Assembly (NCBI GenBank): GCA_017940255.1
Contig: JAGAZB010000009.1
Coordinates: 113,167 to 177,166, forward strand
DNA: 64,000 bases
From: Treponema sp.
GTDB taxonomy: Bacteria; Spirochaetota; Spirochaetia; Treponematales; Treponemataceae
Direction of reading: 5' to 3'
Below are positions 1-9,757 of the stretch, in pieces; positions within the stretch are counted from its first letter, which is position 1, and each line of letters opens with the position of its first letter. A program made the position numbers and the translations under genes. The notes beneath the pieces were generated by a model that ran no database searches, was not told the origin of the DNA, and saw nothing but the letters and a program-made list of their open reading frames with translations.

Positions 1-2
1 CG

Positions 3-854
3 GGCTTTGTCGTTTCTGCAACTGCCATTAAACGCGAAGAATGGTATTCTCAGGTGGAAGATGCACTTTTGCAGGGCTTTGACCGTCACGGGCCGGCTTC
101 TTCTATAGAGGCTCAGCTTTCTTATCTCTTTTTGGAAAATCAGGAAACGCTCTGTCATAAGAGCTGCGGTTCAATAGAAGAATTTGTTGTTAATTCAAAA
201 CGTGTAAAATTTCAGCCTTATGGTCTGGAATCTCGTTTATGGAAGGCAGATTCTGAAGTTCCTTATGTTGGAAACTGGAATAATCATGCAAAAAAAGAAC
301 TTGTTCTTTCTGAAATTGCAATGATGTTTACTCCTAGTGTTATTGATGCCTTTATAGAAAATCAGCTTTATCTTGCATCCTGCGGTAAAAAGACTGTAGA
401 ACTTGAAAAACTTGTTGAATTTATCTTTCCGAACGTGCTTGCGGAAGGTAGTGTTGAAAGAAAGTTTGTATTATTGAACTTAGAAAAAAGGTTTGATATA
501 CTAAAAATTGCATATAATAGCTTTCGAGATTATCCGGTTGCAGAAATCAGGAAGCGGTCTGTTGAGTTATTTTCTCAGGTTAGTCAGCTTTTGTGTGAAA
601 TTGGCAATTCTGAACTCCCGGCAGATGAGTTTCCTCAGCAGGAACTGGTTGTTCTTACTCAGTTGTATGGACATCTTGTTCGTCTTTTGGAAGAAGTTGA
701 AAATGAAGCTGTACGGGCAAGTTTCCCGGCTGATGATGTTTCAATGTCATTAGAGGGTATGGAAGATACTTTCTATGAGATTTGTGATACCTTAAAACTG
801 GCTGTAAAAGATAATCTAAAAAAAGGCTATGAAATTGTGCCTGAAAAAGAATAA
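3..854 (+). CDS. Conserved hypothetical protein, 5'-truncated by the window edge
   Basis: The frame of ORF 54..854 stays open back to position 3; no recognisable motif. Confidence 0.7.
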   Translation, partial: GFVVSATAIKREEWYSQVEDALLQGFDRHGPASSIEAQLSYLFLENQETLCHKSCGSIEEFVVNSKRVKFQPYGLESRLWKADSEVPYVGNWNNHAKKELVLSEIAMMFTPSVIDAFIENQLYLASCGKKTVELEKLVEFIFPNVLAEGSVERKFVLLNLEKRFDILKIAYNSFRDYPVAEIRKRSVELFSQVSQLLCEIGNSELPADEFPQQELVVLTQLYGHLVRLLEEVENEAVRASFPADDVSMSLEGMEDTFYEICDTLKLAVKDNLKKGYEIVPEKE

Positions 855-883
855 TTGGGGATATAAGTTAGGGGATAGATAAA

Positions 884-1348
884 ATGGAAAACGAAGTAGA
901 TATCGCTAAGTTAATTCACAGAGGTGGAGTTTTAAGAGACGTTGATGGTAAAACTCCTCAGGAAATCTATAAAAAAGTGTGCAGCATGATAGATTTACCC
1001 GATGGCATGACAGCAGATCAGGTGTATAATGCTTTGTGTGCACGCGAAGAAGTTCTTAGTACAGCAGTAGGAAACGGAATTGCTTTACCTCATGCTCGTA
1101 CTCCAATCATGAAGGAAGAGAGTGAACAGCGTATTATTGTTGTTTATCTTAAAAATCCTATTGATATGAAGGCTCCAGACGAAAGACCTGTAACTGTGCT
1201 GTTTGTTTTGCTTACTCACAATTCTCAGGTACATCTTAAAGTGCTTTCGGCTTTGGCTGGACTTTTCCGTGATTCTGATTTTAGAAAGGCTCTTGAGATG
1301 CAGGTTGATGAAGCAACTCTGTCTTCTTTAATTAAGAGATTAGCATAA
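884..1348 (+). CDS. PTS EIIA-type (Ntr/fructose family) protein
   Basis: REEVLSTAVGNGIALPHAR phospho-His motif; HLKVLSALA C-terminal motif. Confidence 0.9.
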   Translation: MENEVDIAKLIHRGGVLRDVDGKTPQEIYKKVCSMIDLPDGMTADQVYNALCAREEVLSTAVGNGIALPHARTPIMKEESEQRIIVVYLKNPIDMKAPDERPVTVLFVLLTHNSQVHLKVLSALAGLFRDSDFRKALEMQVDEATLSSLIKRLA

Positions 1349-1369
1349 AATAACAAGAGGTATTTTTTT

Positions 1370-3346
1370 ATGGACAAAAAAGGTGTTGAGGCAGTTGCAC
1401 TTTCAATTCGCAGCTTGTCAATGGACGCTATTCAGAAGGCAAATTCAGGACATCCTGGACTTCCACTTGGAGCAGCAGAAGCAGCTGCAGTTCTTTACGG
1501 CGAAATTATGAAGCACAATCCTGCTAATTCAAAATGGGTTGATCGTGACCGTTTTGTTCTTTCAGCAGGTCATGGTTCTATGCTTCTTTACAGTATTTTG
1601 CACCTTGCAGGATACAAAGTAAGTATGGACGATATTAAGAACTTCCGTCAGGTTGGTTCTAAGTGTCCAGGTCACCCAGAATATGGTGATACAGACGGTG
1701 TTGAATGTACAGGTGGTCCACTTGGACAGGGTGTTTCAATGGCTGTTGGTATGGCTGTTGCAGAAAGCATGCTTGCTGCAAAATTCAACACTCCAAAACA
1801 CACAATTGTTGATCACTATACATATTCTCTTGTTGGAGAAGGATGTCTTCAGGAAGGTGTTGCTTCTGAAGCTTGTTCTCTGGCTGGAAACCTTAAACTT
1901 GGTAAATTAATTGTATTCTACGATCAGAACAAGATTTCTATTGATGGATGCACAGATATTACTTTCACTGATGATATTGCAAAACGCTACGAAGCTTATG
2001 GCTGGCAGGTTTTGAAAGGTGATATGTATGATATCGAAGGAATTGTAAAACTTGTTGAAGAAGCAAAGAAATGCTCTGATAAGCCATCTTTGATTATGCT
2101 CAAGTCTATTATTGGTAAGGGTGCTCCAAAACAGGGAACTGCAGATGTTCACGGAGCTCCACTTGGTGCAGAAGGCATTATTGAAGCAAAGAAAACTCTT
2201 GGTCTTCCAACTGATAAAGACTTCTACGTTGTTCCTGAAGCTTACAAATATTTTGAAGATAAAAAAGCTGCATTTGCAAAGGCAGAAGCAGACTGGAATG
2301 CTGAATTTGATGCATGGGCAAAAGAAAATCCTGAACTCAAGAAGCTTTGGGATGCTTTCCATGCTGACGGTGTAACAAATCCTGATGTAAAAGATGTTGA
2401 ATACAAAGTAGGTGATGCTTGCGCTACACGCGATGCTTCTGGAAAGGCTTTGAACGTAATTGCTGCCCGCTTTGGAAACCTTGTTGGTGGTTCTGCCGAC
2501 TTGATGGGACCAAACAAAACTGCATTTAAGGCAACAGATAACGGAACATTCAGTCCTGCTAACCGCGCTGGCCGCACAATTGAATACGGTATCCGCGAAT
2601 TTGCAATGTCTGCTGTTTGTGCAGGTATTTCTTTACACGGTGGTCTCCGCCCATTCTGTGCTACATTCCTTGTATTCGCTGATTACCTCCGTCCATCACT
2701 CCGTGTTGTTTCTTTGATGAAGCAGCCTGTAATCTATGTATTCACACACGATTCAATCTATGTTGGAGAAGATGGTCCAACTCACCAGCCAATCGAAACA
2801 ATGACTTCTTTGCGTGCTATTCCTGGTGTTCAGGCTATCCGCCCAGGTGACCCAGAAGAATCTATGCAGGCATGGAATATTGCTTATGCAAGCAAAGATC
2901 ATCCAGTTTGTATGGCATTTACTCGCCAGGCTCTTGCTGTTTATGAAAAGGCAGACAAGGACTGGAGAAAGAACATGGCAGAAAAGGGTGCTTATGTTGT
3001 ACAGGAAGGCTCAGCTAACCCTGACATCACAATCCTTGCCAGCGGTTCTGAAGTAAATATGGCTCTTAAGGCTGCTAGTCTTGTAAGTGGAAAAGCAATT
3101 CGTGTTGTTTCTGTTCCAGATTTGAAGAAGTTCGAAGGACTTTCTAAGGCTGAACAGGACAAGATTATTGGAAATACAAAGCGTATCGTTTGTACAGAAG
3201 CTGGTATTTCTATGGAATGGCTGCAGTTTACTTCAAAAGAAAACTGCTTCTGCATCGACAGATTCGGTACATCAGGTCCTGCAAATAAGGTTGCTGAATA
3301 CCTTGGTTTCACTGCAGAAAAGCTCGCTGATCTCCTTAAGAAATAA
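1370..3346 (+). CDS. tkt: Transketolase
   Basis: SGHPGLPLG, DRDRFVLSAGHGS, GPLGQG, GEDGPTHQP motifs; 658 aa. Confidence 0.97.
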   Translation: MDKKGVEAVALSIRSLSMDAIQKANSGHPGLPLGAAEAAAVLYGEIMKHNPANSKWVDRDRFVLSAGHGSMLLYSILHLAGYKVSMDDIKNFRQVGSKCPGHPEYGDTDGVECTGGPLGQGVSMAVGMAVAESMLAAKFNTPKHTIVDHYTYSLVGEGCLQEGVASEACSLAGNLKLGKLIVFYDQNKISIDGCTDITFTDDIAKRYEAYGWQVLKGDMYDIEGIVKLVEEAKKCSDKPSLIMLKSIIGKGAPKQGTADVHGAPLGAEGIIEAKKTLGLPTDKDFYVVPEAYKYFEDKKAAFAKAEADWNAEFDAWAKENPELKKLWDAFHADGVTNPDVKDVEYKVGDACATRDASGKALNVIAARFGNLVGGSADLMGPNKTAFKATDNGTFSPANRAGRTIEYGIREFAMSAVCAGISLHGGLRPFCATFLVFADYLRPSLRVVSLMKQPVIYVFTHDSIYVGEDGPTHQPIETMTSLRAIPGVQAIRPGDPEESMQAWNIAYASKDHPVCMAFTRQALAVYEKADKDWRKNMAEKGAYVVQEGSANPDITILASGSEVNMALKAASLVSGKAIRVVSVPDLKKFEGLSKAEQDKIIGNTKRIVCTEAGISMEWLQFTSKENCFCIDRFGTSGPANKVAEYLGFTAEKLADLLKK

Positions 3347-3364
3347 TTTTTGCTAATATTTTAC

Positions 3365-3409
3365 TAAACGGCATCGGATTTTCTTAATCTGATGCCGTTT
3401 ATTTATTTT
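3365..3409 (+). terminator. Intrinsic terminator after tkt
   Basis: TAAACGGCATCGGATT/AATCTGATGCCGTTTA stem followed by a T-rich tail. Confidence 0.75.
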
Positions 3410-3416
3410 GTTAATT

Positions 3417-5327
3417 ATGCTGTTAGGTCTAAAGAAAAAGACAATTGCAATCTGCGTAGCCGGATATAACTGGGAATGTGAAGTAAAAATTGTCCGGGGA
3501 ATTTTACGCGGCTGCAAAGAAAAAGATGTAGATGTTCAAATTTTCTCTTCCCTTATGAGTAAAGGTGATTATCCTCGTGAAGCCTTTGCTAATAAAAATT
3601 TTATACGCGGTGAAGATGAAATCTATAATCTTATTAATTATGAACTTTTAGACGGTATTTTTCTTTTCAGAGGTAGTATTTATTCAGAAGATACCGTACA
3701 GAAAATAGCAGAAAACTGTAAAAAATATAATATTCCTTTTGTAAGTATTCATAATCGTGCTGGTGAATTTCCTCATAATCTTGTGATAGAAGATAATCAG
3801 GGACTGGAACTGCTTGTTGAACATCTGATTCGTGATCATGGAATGCGAAGAATTGACTTTATAGGCGGTTATCCTGATAACAAAGAAACAATAGTCCGTT
3901 TGAATGCCTATAAAAAAGCTTTACAGAAATACAATATTCCTGTAGAAGAAAGACGAATAGAATACGGACATTTCTGGAAGCAGTCTGTTGAATGCGCAAA
4001 AAAACTTATTCAGATTGATATGCCTGATGCCTTTGTGTGTGCCAACGATACTATGGCCATTATGGTTAGTGATTATTTAAAAAATCAGGGATATGTTCTT
4101 CCAACCGATGTTGTTGTTACTGGCTTTGATGGCATTGCAGATGCCGAAGTTTATACTCCGTCTATAACAACTGTCAGGGTAGATTTTGAAGATGCCGGAG
4201 TAAAGGCATTTGAACAGCTTTGGGCACTTATGTCCGGGCATGAAGTAGAAGATGTGCATGTATATCCTCAGCTTGTGATTCATGAATCATGTGGATGCAA
4301 AGGCATAAAAAAACGTGATTTTAACTATATCGATTCCAAATATGTTGAACGATATATTTCAGAAACATTTCATAAAAATCTGATTAAAACTGATGTATAC
4401 TTCTATGATTCAAAAAATCCTGATGAATTATTTATGCATCTGCTTAATGAAGTAAAATTCTTTAAGTTTGATACTTTCTCTTTCTGTATTAATGCAGAAC
4501 TAAATGATGAAAACCAAACCTGCTTTTTGGAAAATAACGGAAAATATGGAATTTCTGAAAAACTCATTTCATACACATTGGATAAAAAAGGTAATCTGGT
4601 TAAATATGATGTGAATCCAAAGAAGTTATATTCTGAAAAACAATTTTCGACAAAAACTGACCATGTAATGTCATTCTCGCCCCTTTATTATAAGAGCAAT
4701 TACATAGGTTATGTAGTTTATAGTCCTGCTGATGGTGAACTTTTCAGAGATTTTTTTGCTCTCTGGCTTATTAATGCGTCAAATGCAATTGGAAGTTTTT
4801 ATATAAAAGAAGAGCTTGAAAATATAAGTTACCATGATTATATGACCGGTTTGTATAACAGGCGGGGAATGAGTAAAATCTTTAAGGATTCCTTGAAAGA
4901 GATAGAAAACTCTTCCGGTTATGTTACAATGGTTTGTGTCGATGTTGATAATCTGAAAACAATTAATGACACTTTTGGGCACGATGCTGGTGACGAAACA
5001 ATAATAAAAATTGCAAAGGTTCTGCAGACTGTTTTCGGGCAGGAAACTCCCTGTTTCCGTACTGGTGGAGATGAGTTCTGCCTTTTGTTATTGACTGCAA
5101 AAGAAGCACCGGTAGAAAAACTGCTTGCTCAGGTTGAATCAGAACTAGATGAATTTAACAAAAACAGCGGACTGCCATATAAAATGGAGTGCAGTAGTTC
5201 TTATTGTTCTGTAAAGGCTGCTGATTTTAAAGACTTCGATATGCTTAGAAAATGTGCTGATATAGAACTTTATAAAGTAAAAGATATTCATCATAAAAAT
5301 CAAAGGCCTCTTCCTAAACAACACTAA
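3417..5327 (+). CDS. Diguanylate cyclase with N-terminal LacI-type sugar-binding domain
   Basis: DAFVCANDTMA and VVTGFDG (LacI/PBP fold); DYMTGLYNRR, INDTFGHDAGD and RTGGDEF (GGDEF domain). Confidence 0.9.
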   Translation: MLLGLKKKTIAICVAGYNWECEVKIVRGILRGCKEKDVDVQIFSSLMSKGDYPREAFANKNFIRGEDEIYNLINYELLDGIFLFRGSIYSEDTVQKIAENCKKYNIPFVSIHNRAGEFPHNLVIEDNQGLELLVEHLIRDHGMRRIDFIGGYPDNKETIVRLNAYKKALQKYNIPVEERRIEYGHFWKQSVECAKKLIQIDMPDAFVCANDTMAIMVSDYLKNQGYVLPTDVVVTGFDGIADAEVYTPSITTVRVDFEDAGVKAFEQLWALMSGHEVEDVHVYPQLVIHESCGCKGIKKRDFNYIDSKYVERYISETFHKNLIKTDVYFYDSKNPDELFMHLLNEVKFFKFDTFSFCINAELNDENQTCFLENNGKYGISEKLISYTLDKKGNLVKYDVNPKKLYSEKQFSTKTDHVMSFSPLYYKSNYIGYVVYSPADGELFRDFFALWLINASNAIGSFYIKEELENISYHDYMTGLYNRRGMSKIFKDSLKEIENSSGYVTMVCVDVDNLKTINDTFGHDAGDETIIKIAKVLQTVFGQETPCFRTGGDEFCLLLLTAKEAPVEKLLAQVESELDEFNKNSGLPYKMECSSSYCSVKAADFKDFDMLRKCADIELYKVKDIHHKNQRPLPKQH

Positions 5328-5373
5328 ATATGCTATAGTTAGGTATCAAATCCCACTATAAAAGAGGTCTAAT

Positions 5374-6651
5374 ATGCCTTATACCGAGCCAACAAGTCTA
5401 GCGATTGTTGCGTGTCCAGGTGGCGAAGCTTTCGCCAATGAAGTCATAACGCACCTCAAGCACATGTATAAACACCGCTTCACATTGAAGAACGATGTTA
5501 TATCTAAGCGTTATGGACTGAGTAAAGAAGAGCTTGTACAGAGAATCAATCTGCAGAATGATTTGCAGACATCTGATCTTTGTATAAGAGGTACTACAGA
5601 TAAGTACAGACCGCCTGTATTTAAAGTAAATGCACGGTTCACTTATTTTGCTAACGGTGAGGTAAAGACCGAACTGTTGGACACTGTCCGCGGAAAAGAT
5701 GTATTCATTTTCCAGGATGTAGAAAACCACGAAGTTCTTAGTTTGAACGGTGGTGCCAACAAAATTAAGATGACAGTAAATGACCATGTAATGTCTTTGC
5801 TCGTCACAATTGATGCTGTACGCATTGCAGGTGCTGAAAAAATCACTTTGGTTGTTCCAGCTTATCCTTATGCACGTCAGCATAAGAGAAAGGGCCGTGA
5901 AGGTCTTACAGCAAGCCTTTTGGGCCACATCTATGAGATGCAGGGTGTAGACCGCATTATTACACTCGACTTGCATTCACGCGAAATTGTAAACGCATTC
6001 TCCAGCGCAAATCTTGATAATCTTCATGCAAGCTACCAGATTATTCGCGAGCTTTCTAAGATTGTTGATCTTACTGGAAATACGGAAGATCTGGTTATTG
6101 TATCTCCTGATACTGGTGCCATCGATCGTAACAAGTTCTACGCATCTGGCCTTAAACTTCCACTTGCTATGATTTACAAAGAGCGCGATTACTCTATCGT
6201 AACTCAGGATGCTCATTCAACAAACATCAAATCAGTTAAACTGCTTGGTGATGTTAAGGGTAAGGTTGCCTTCCTTGCAGATGATATGCTTGGAACTGGT
6301 GGAACTTTACTCAAAGCTATGGAATTCCTTAAGGAACAGGGCGCTACAAAGGTTATTTGTGCAATCAGCCTTCCATTCTTTACTGGAAACGCCATTGAAC
6401 AGTTTGACGAAGCATATAAGCGCGGTCAGTTCTACAGAATTATCGGTACAAATGCCGTTTATCACGAAGAACTTCTTAAGCGCGAATGGTACATCAGCAC
6501 AGACGTAAGCGGACTTTTTGCAAACGTTATTACACGTATTCATTACAATCAGTCTTTGAGCGAATTGCTTGATAACCGAAATATTATTGAAAAAGTTGTA
6601 AAACAGAACAGCACAAGTGAAAAATCTGAAAAGGATGCTGCGGCAAAATAA
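5374..6651 (+). CDS. prs: Ribose-phosphate pyrophosphokinase (long form)
   Basis: FANGE, YPYARQ, DLHS, VSPDTG and DDMLGTGGT motifs. Confidence 0.93.
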   Translation: MPYTEPTSLAIVACPGGEAFANEVITHLKHMYKHRFTLKNDVISKRYGLSKEELVQRINLQNDLQTSDLCIRGTTDKYRPPVFKVNARFTYFANGEVKTELLDTVRGKDVFIFQDVENHEVLSLNGGANKIKMTVNDHVMSLLVTIDAVRIAGAEKITLVVPAYPYARQHKRKGREGLTASLLGHIYEMQGVDRIITLDLHSREIVNAFSSANLDNLHASYQIIRELSKIVDLTGNTEDLVIVSPDTGAIDRNKFYASGLKLPLAMIYKERDYSIVTQDAHSTNIKSVKLLGDVKGKVAFLADDMLGTGGTLLKAMEFLKEQGATKVICAISLPFFTGNAIEQFDEAYKRGQFYRIIGTNAVYHEELLKREWYISTDVSGLFANVITRIHYNQSLSELLDNRNIIEKVVKQNSTSEKSEKDAAAK

Positions 6652-7751
6652 TGTCCGACGCAATTCTTTGTGTTGATATTGGAACGACTTCGCTTAAAGC
6701 GGGATTTGTAACCGCCTTGGGCGAAGTCGTTTCTATTTGTTCAGTACGATTTAATTCCGCAACAGATAAATATCATATAGCCCGTAAGTGGCTGCCGGCT
6801 TTTAAGTCTGCCGTAAAAAAACTTGGGGAAGATTGCAGGGAGCGGGGGCTTTCTCTTGTTATAAAGGCGGTCTCAATTTCTGGAAACGGGCCAACCGTTG
6901 TAACCGAAGACGGCACAACTCTTTTATGGAATGATCCTTATCCGGTGTCTCCTGAACGTACAGGACCATCTCTCTTTTTATCCAAAATTATAGCCCTAAA
7001 AGAATTATTTCCTCAGGAATTTGCCTCTTCGGCCCAGATTTTTTCTGGTCCGGAATACCTTATCTGGCAGCTGACCGGCTCTAAAGTGACTATTTTACCG
7101 GAAGACCGCTTTGAGCCGGCCTACTGGAATAAAAAACAGCTTGAAGACGAAGGAATTGCCTGTGAAAAGCTGCCCGAATTTTACAGGGTGGGGCAGCAGT
7201 ACGGAATTATTAATGTAGACGAAGCTGAACTTAAGGGGCTGCCGGTTTTTGGAGCTGGCCCCGACTTTGTAGCGGCCCTAATAGGAACGAACACCCTGCA
7301 GCCAGGCCGGCTCTGCGACCGGAGTGGCTCTTCGGAAGGAATTAATTTTTGTGTGCCAGAAGCAATCCGCGCACAGGGGGTAAGAACTCTGCCATCTGTT
7401 ATTTCGGGTTTATGGAATATTTCCTGCCTTATTCCTCGAAGCGGCCGTATGCCTGAAAATCAGCGGCTTTCTGCTTTGAATGACGCCCTGAACCTGCTGC
7501 GTAAACTCGCAGAAGAGAATAAAGTGCCTTTCCCGGGCCAACTTTTTGTTACGGGCGGCCAGACTAAAAATGCAGCTTACATGGCCAGAAAGGCTAGGGC
7601 ACTCGGCATTACCCTTGTTGAAGCAAACTGTGATGACGCTGAACTTTTAGGAGATGCCTGTGTGGCATGGTTTGGCCTTGGAAAATATGAATCTATACAG
7701 GATGCTGCTTCTGTAATTGTAAGCGAAGGAAATCATTATGAAGTTTTATAA
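6651..7751 (+). CDS. FGGY-family carbohydrate kinase
   Basis: VDIGTTSLKA N-terminus; GAGPD; VTGGQ. Confidence 0.8.
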   Translation: MSDAILCVDIGTTSLKAGFVTALGEVVSICSVRFNSATDKYHIARKWLPAFKSAVKKLGEDCRERGLSLVIKAVSISGNGPTVVTEDGTTLLWNDPYPVSPERTGPSLFLSKIIALKELFPQEFASSAQIFSGPEYLIWQLTGSKVTILPEDRFEPAYWNKKQLEDEGIACEKLPEFYRVGQQYGIINVDEAELKGLPVFGAGPDFVAALIGTNTLQPGRLCDRSGSSEGINFCVPEAIRAQGVRTLPSVISGLWNISCLIPRSGRMPENQRLSALNDALNLLRKLAEENKVPFPGQLFVTGGQTKNAAYMARKARALGITLVEANCDDAELLGDACVAWFGLGKYESIQDAASVIVSEGNHYEVL

Positions 7752-8382
7752 TCTGCCGGAAAATCCCAAAGCCTTTATTTTTGATATTGATTCTACACTT
7801 TATACAAATGCCGCTTATGCTTTTGAGCAGGTAGATTGCCAGGTAAGGGAATTTGCCCGCCAGCGTGGAATTAGCGCAGACCAGGCTCGCAAAATGGTGG
7901 CAGATTACCGCCGTAAGTATGCTGCAGAAAATGATGGTCGCAAAATCAGTCTGGGAAACACTTTGCTTGCATTTGGAGTTCCAATCCAGCAGAGTGTAGA
8001 ATGGCGTAAAGAATTGCTTGAACCTGCAGATTTTCTTTCCAGAGATGAAAATCTTATTGCCGAACTTTCTCTTCTTTCAGAACATTTTAAGCTGATTTGC
8101 GTAACGAATAACCCGGTTTTGCCGGCTCGAAAAACTCTGGATGCAATAGGCGTTTCATCTTTTTTCCCTGAAATTGTTGGACTGGATACTTGTTTCAAAT
8201 CAAAACCTGCTCTGGAACCTTTTCAAACTGCCTGCAAAATCCTGGATGTGAAGGAAAATCAGATTATTGCAGTTGGCGACCGCTATGATATGGATATTTC
8301 TTTGCCTTTAGAGATGGGAATGGGCGGAATTTTGGTTTCTGGAGTAGAAGATGTGTACCAAATTTCTAAATATGTGTTATAA
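7738..8382 (+). CDS. HAD-family hydrolase
   Basis: FDIDSTLY motif I; VTNN; KP; VGDRYDMDI. Confidence 0.88.
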   Translation: MKFYNLPENPKAFIFDIDSTLYTNAAYAFEQVDCQVREFARQRGISADQARKMVADYRRKYAAENDGRKISLGNTLLAFGVPIQQSVEWRKELLEPADFLSRDENLIAELSLLSEHFKLICVTNNPVLPARKTLDAIGVSSFFPEIVGLDTCFKSKPALEPFQTACKILDVKENQIIAVGDRYDMDISLPLEMGMGGILVSGVEDVYQISKYVL

Positions 8383-8392
8383 TATATAGATA

Positions 8393-9232
8393 ATGACTAT
8401 TACTAAGTTTGATAAAAAACTGAACTTTTCAAATGACGGGCAACTTTCCCTCTTATTTTTGGGAACAGGTAACGCCTTTCAGAAATCATATTATCAAACA
8501 AACCTTTTTGTAGTAAAAGGAGATACTCATTTTCTGGTTGATTGTGGAACTTTATGTCCCTATATTTTGGATAAGGAATATAATACAAAGCTTTCTTCAA
8601 TCAGAAATCTTATTCTTACTCATCCTCATGCAGATCATATTGGTGGTGTAGAAGAAATTGCCTTGTCTGCTTATTATATTTCAAAACAGCCTGTAAATAT
8701 CGCTATTCCAGAGATTTTCAAAAAGAAATTATGGAACGAATCTCTTAGGGGTGGAATTCAGTTTAGTGAAAATGGAAAAATGAAATTTGAAGATTACTTT
8801 TCAGAACTTCCAATTTCCCGTATCCAGAAAAAGCCCTTTGAAATATATGAAGCAAACATTGGTTCTATAAATGTGAAGCTTTTCAGAACCAGACATGTAA
8901 CTACTCGTCCTGATTCTTTTAAGAATTCACAGATTTCTTATGGCCTTATTTTAGATGATAAGGTACTTTTTACGGCTGATACTCAGTATAATCCGTCCCA
9001 GTTGAATTTTTTGTTGGAAAAGTATAAAAATATAGAATATATTTTTCATGATTGTGATTTAGATGGCTTTTCTGTTGGCGTTCATGCTTCTTATAATCAA
9101 CTAAAATTGATTCCTGAAGATATTCGTAAGAAAATGTTTCTGTGTCACTACAACGAAAAAGTGAAAGAAGTAGATGCAGTTGAAGATGGTTTTGCGGGCT
9201 TTGTTCAAAAAGGGCTCTACTATAATTTTTAG
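8393..9232 (+). CDS. Metallo-beta-lactamase-fold hydrolase
   Basis: FLGTG, VDCG, THPHADHIGG, FTADT motifs. Confidence 0.88.
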   Translation: MTITKFDKKLNFSNDGQLSLLFLGTGNAFQKSYYQTNLFVVKGDTHFLVDCGTLCPYILDKEYNTKLSSIRNLILTHPHADHIGGVEEIALSAYYISKQPVNIAIPEIFKKKLWNESLRGGIQFSENGKMKFEDYFSELPISRIQKKPFEIYEANIGSINVKLFRTRHVTTRPDSFKNSQISYGLILDDKVLFTADTQYNPSQLNFLLEKYKNIEYIFHDCDLDGFSVGVHASYNQLKLIPEDIRKKMFLCHYNEKVKEVDAVEDGFAGFVQKGLYYNF

Positions 9233-9371
9233 ATTCAGTAGCTCAGCTGGATAGAGCATTTGGATCAGAGGTAAAATGCTAAAAATCTTTTCTGATGAAA
9301 AGATTTTTTTAACGCATTTTGCTATTGTATTACCTAAGCAAAAGGTAGTGCGTTCGAATCGCAGCGATTCG
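9232..9371 (+). pseudogene. Decayed tRNA-Arg-like copy with a palindromic insert near the anticodon
   Basis: D-arm-like 5' part at 9232-9260; 9333-9363 matches the tRNA-Arg 3' half at 30/31 nt; AT-rich hairpin between; no acceptor stem. Confidence 0.6.
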
Positions 9372-9389
9372 ATGTTTATATATTTGCAG

Positions 9390-9474
9390 GATTCAGTAGC
9401 TCAGCTGGATAGAGCATTCCACGACGCTTTCGCGTCGTGCCTAATTGGAAGGTCGTGCGTTCGAACGAACTGCG
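9390..9474 (+). pseudogene. Second decayed tRNA-Arg-like copy with a CACGACGC-TTTC-GCGTCGTG hairpin insert
   Basis: 9390-9418 is identical to 9232-9260; followed by CCTAA and GGTCGTGCGTTCGAA T-arm remnant. Confidence 0.6.
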
Positions 9475-9486
9475 ATAGTATAAATC

Positions 9487-9560
9487 GGCTCCGTAGCTCA
9501 CTTGGATAGAGCGGTTGCCTCCTAAGCAACAGGTAGTGCGTTCGAATCGCATCGGAGTCA
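9487..9560 (+). tRNA. tRNA-Arg(CCT)
   Basis: Acceptor GGCTCCG/CGGAGTC; anticodon arm GTTGC-CTCCTAA-GCAAC; T-loop GTTCGAATC. Confidence 0.95.
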
Positions 9561-9591
9561 TATTTTTCCTGCCTGGAAGGGGGGATTTAAA

Positions 9592-9613
9592 ATGAAAAAG
9601 ATTTTAATTTCAT
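9592..9613 (+). pseudogene. 5' fragment (MKKILIS) of the host HATPase/cNMP-binding gene split by the prophage
   Basis: G-rich RBS (GGAAGGGGGG), ATG at 9592; joins in frame to 46220 onward when the prophage and one TTCAT copy are removed. Confidence 0.85.
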
Positions 9614-9715
9614 TGTAACGCATCAAAAAAATTGAGAAAAATTTACTTTTAATTTGAGAAATTTTCCTTGTTTTATTGTGTTTTTCCTTGCTTTTCTATG
9701 CTTTTAATAAATATA

Positions 9716-9757
9716 AGGGCAGCAAACATCTTTTTTTTGTATGCTGCCCCATTTTTT
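9716..9757. terminator. Terminator hairpin downstream of the methylase
   Basis: GGGCAGCA...TGCTGCCC stem with a flanking T-run. Confidence 0.6.

Noticed and set aside
9232-9474. CRISPR array or intron-containing functional tRNAs
   Set aside because: There are only two repeat units, they are tRNA-derived, and no cas genes are present. Acceptor stems do not pair and the inserts are too short for self-splicing introns.
9487-9613. tRNA-Arg as prophage attB with an integrase-type insertion
   Set aside because: There is no integrase and no tRNA 3' duplication at the right end. The ends are TG...CA with a 5-bp duplication inside the next gene, so tRNA proximity looks incidental.
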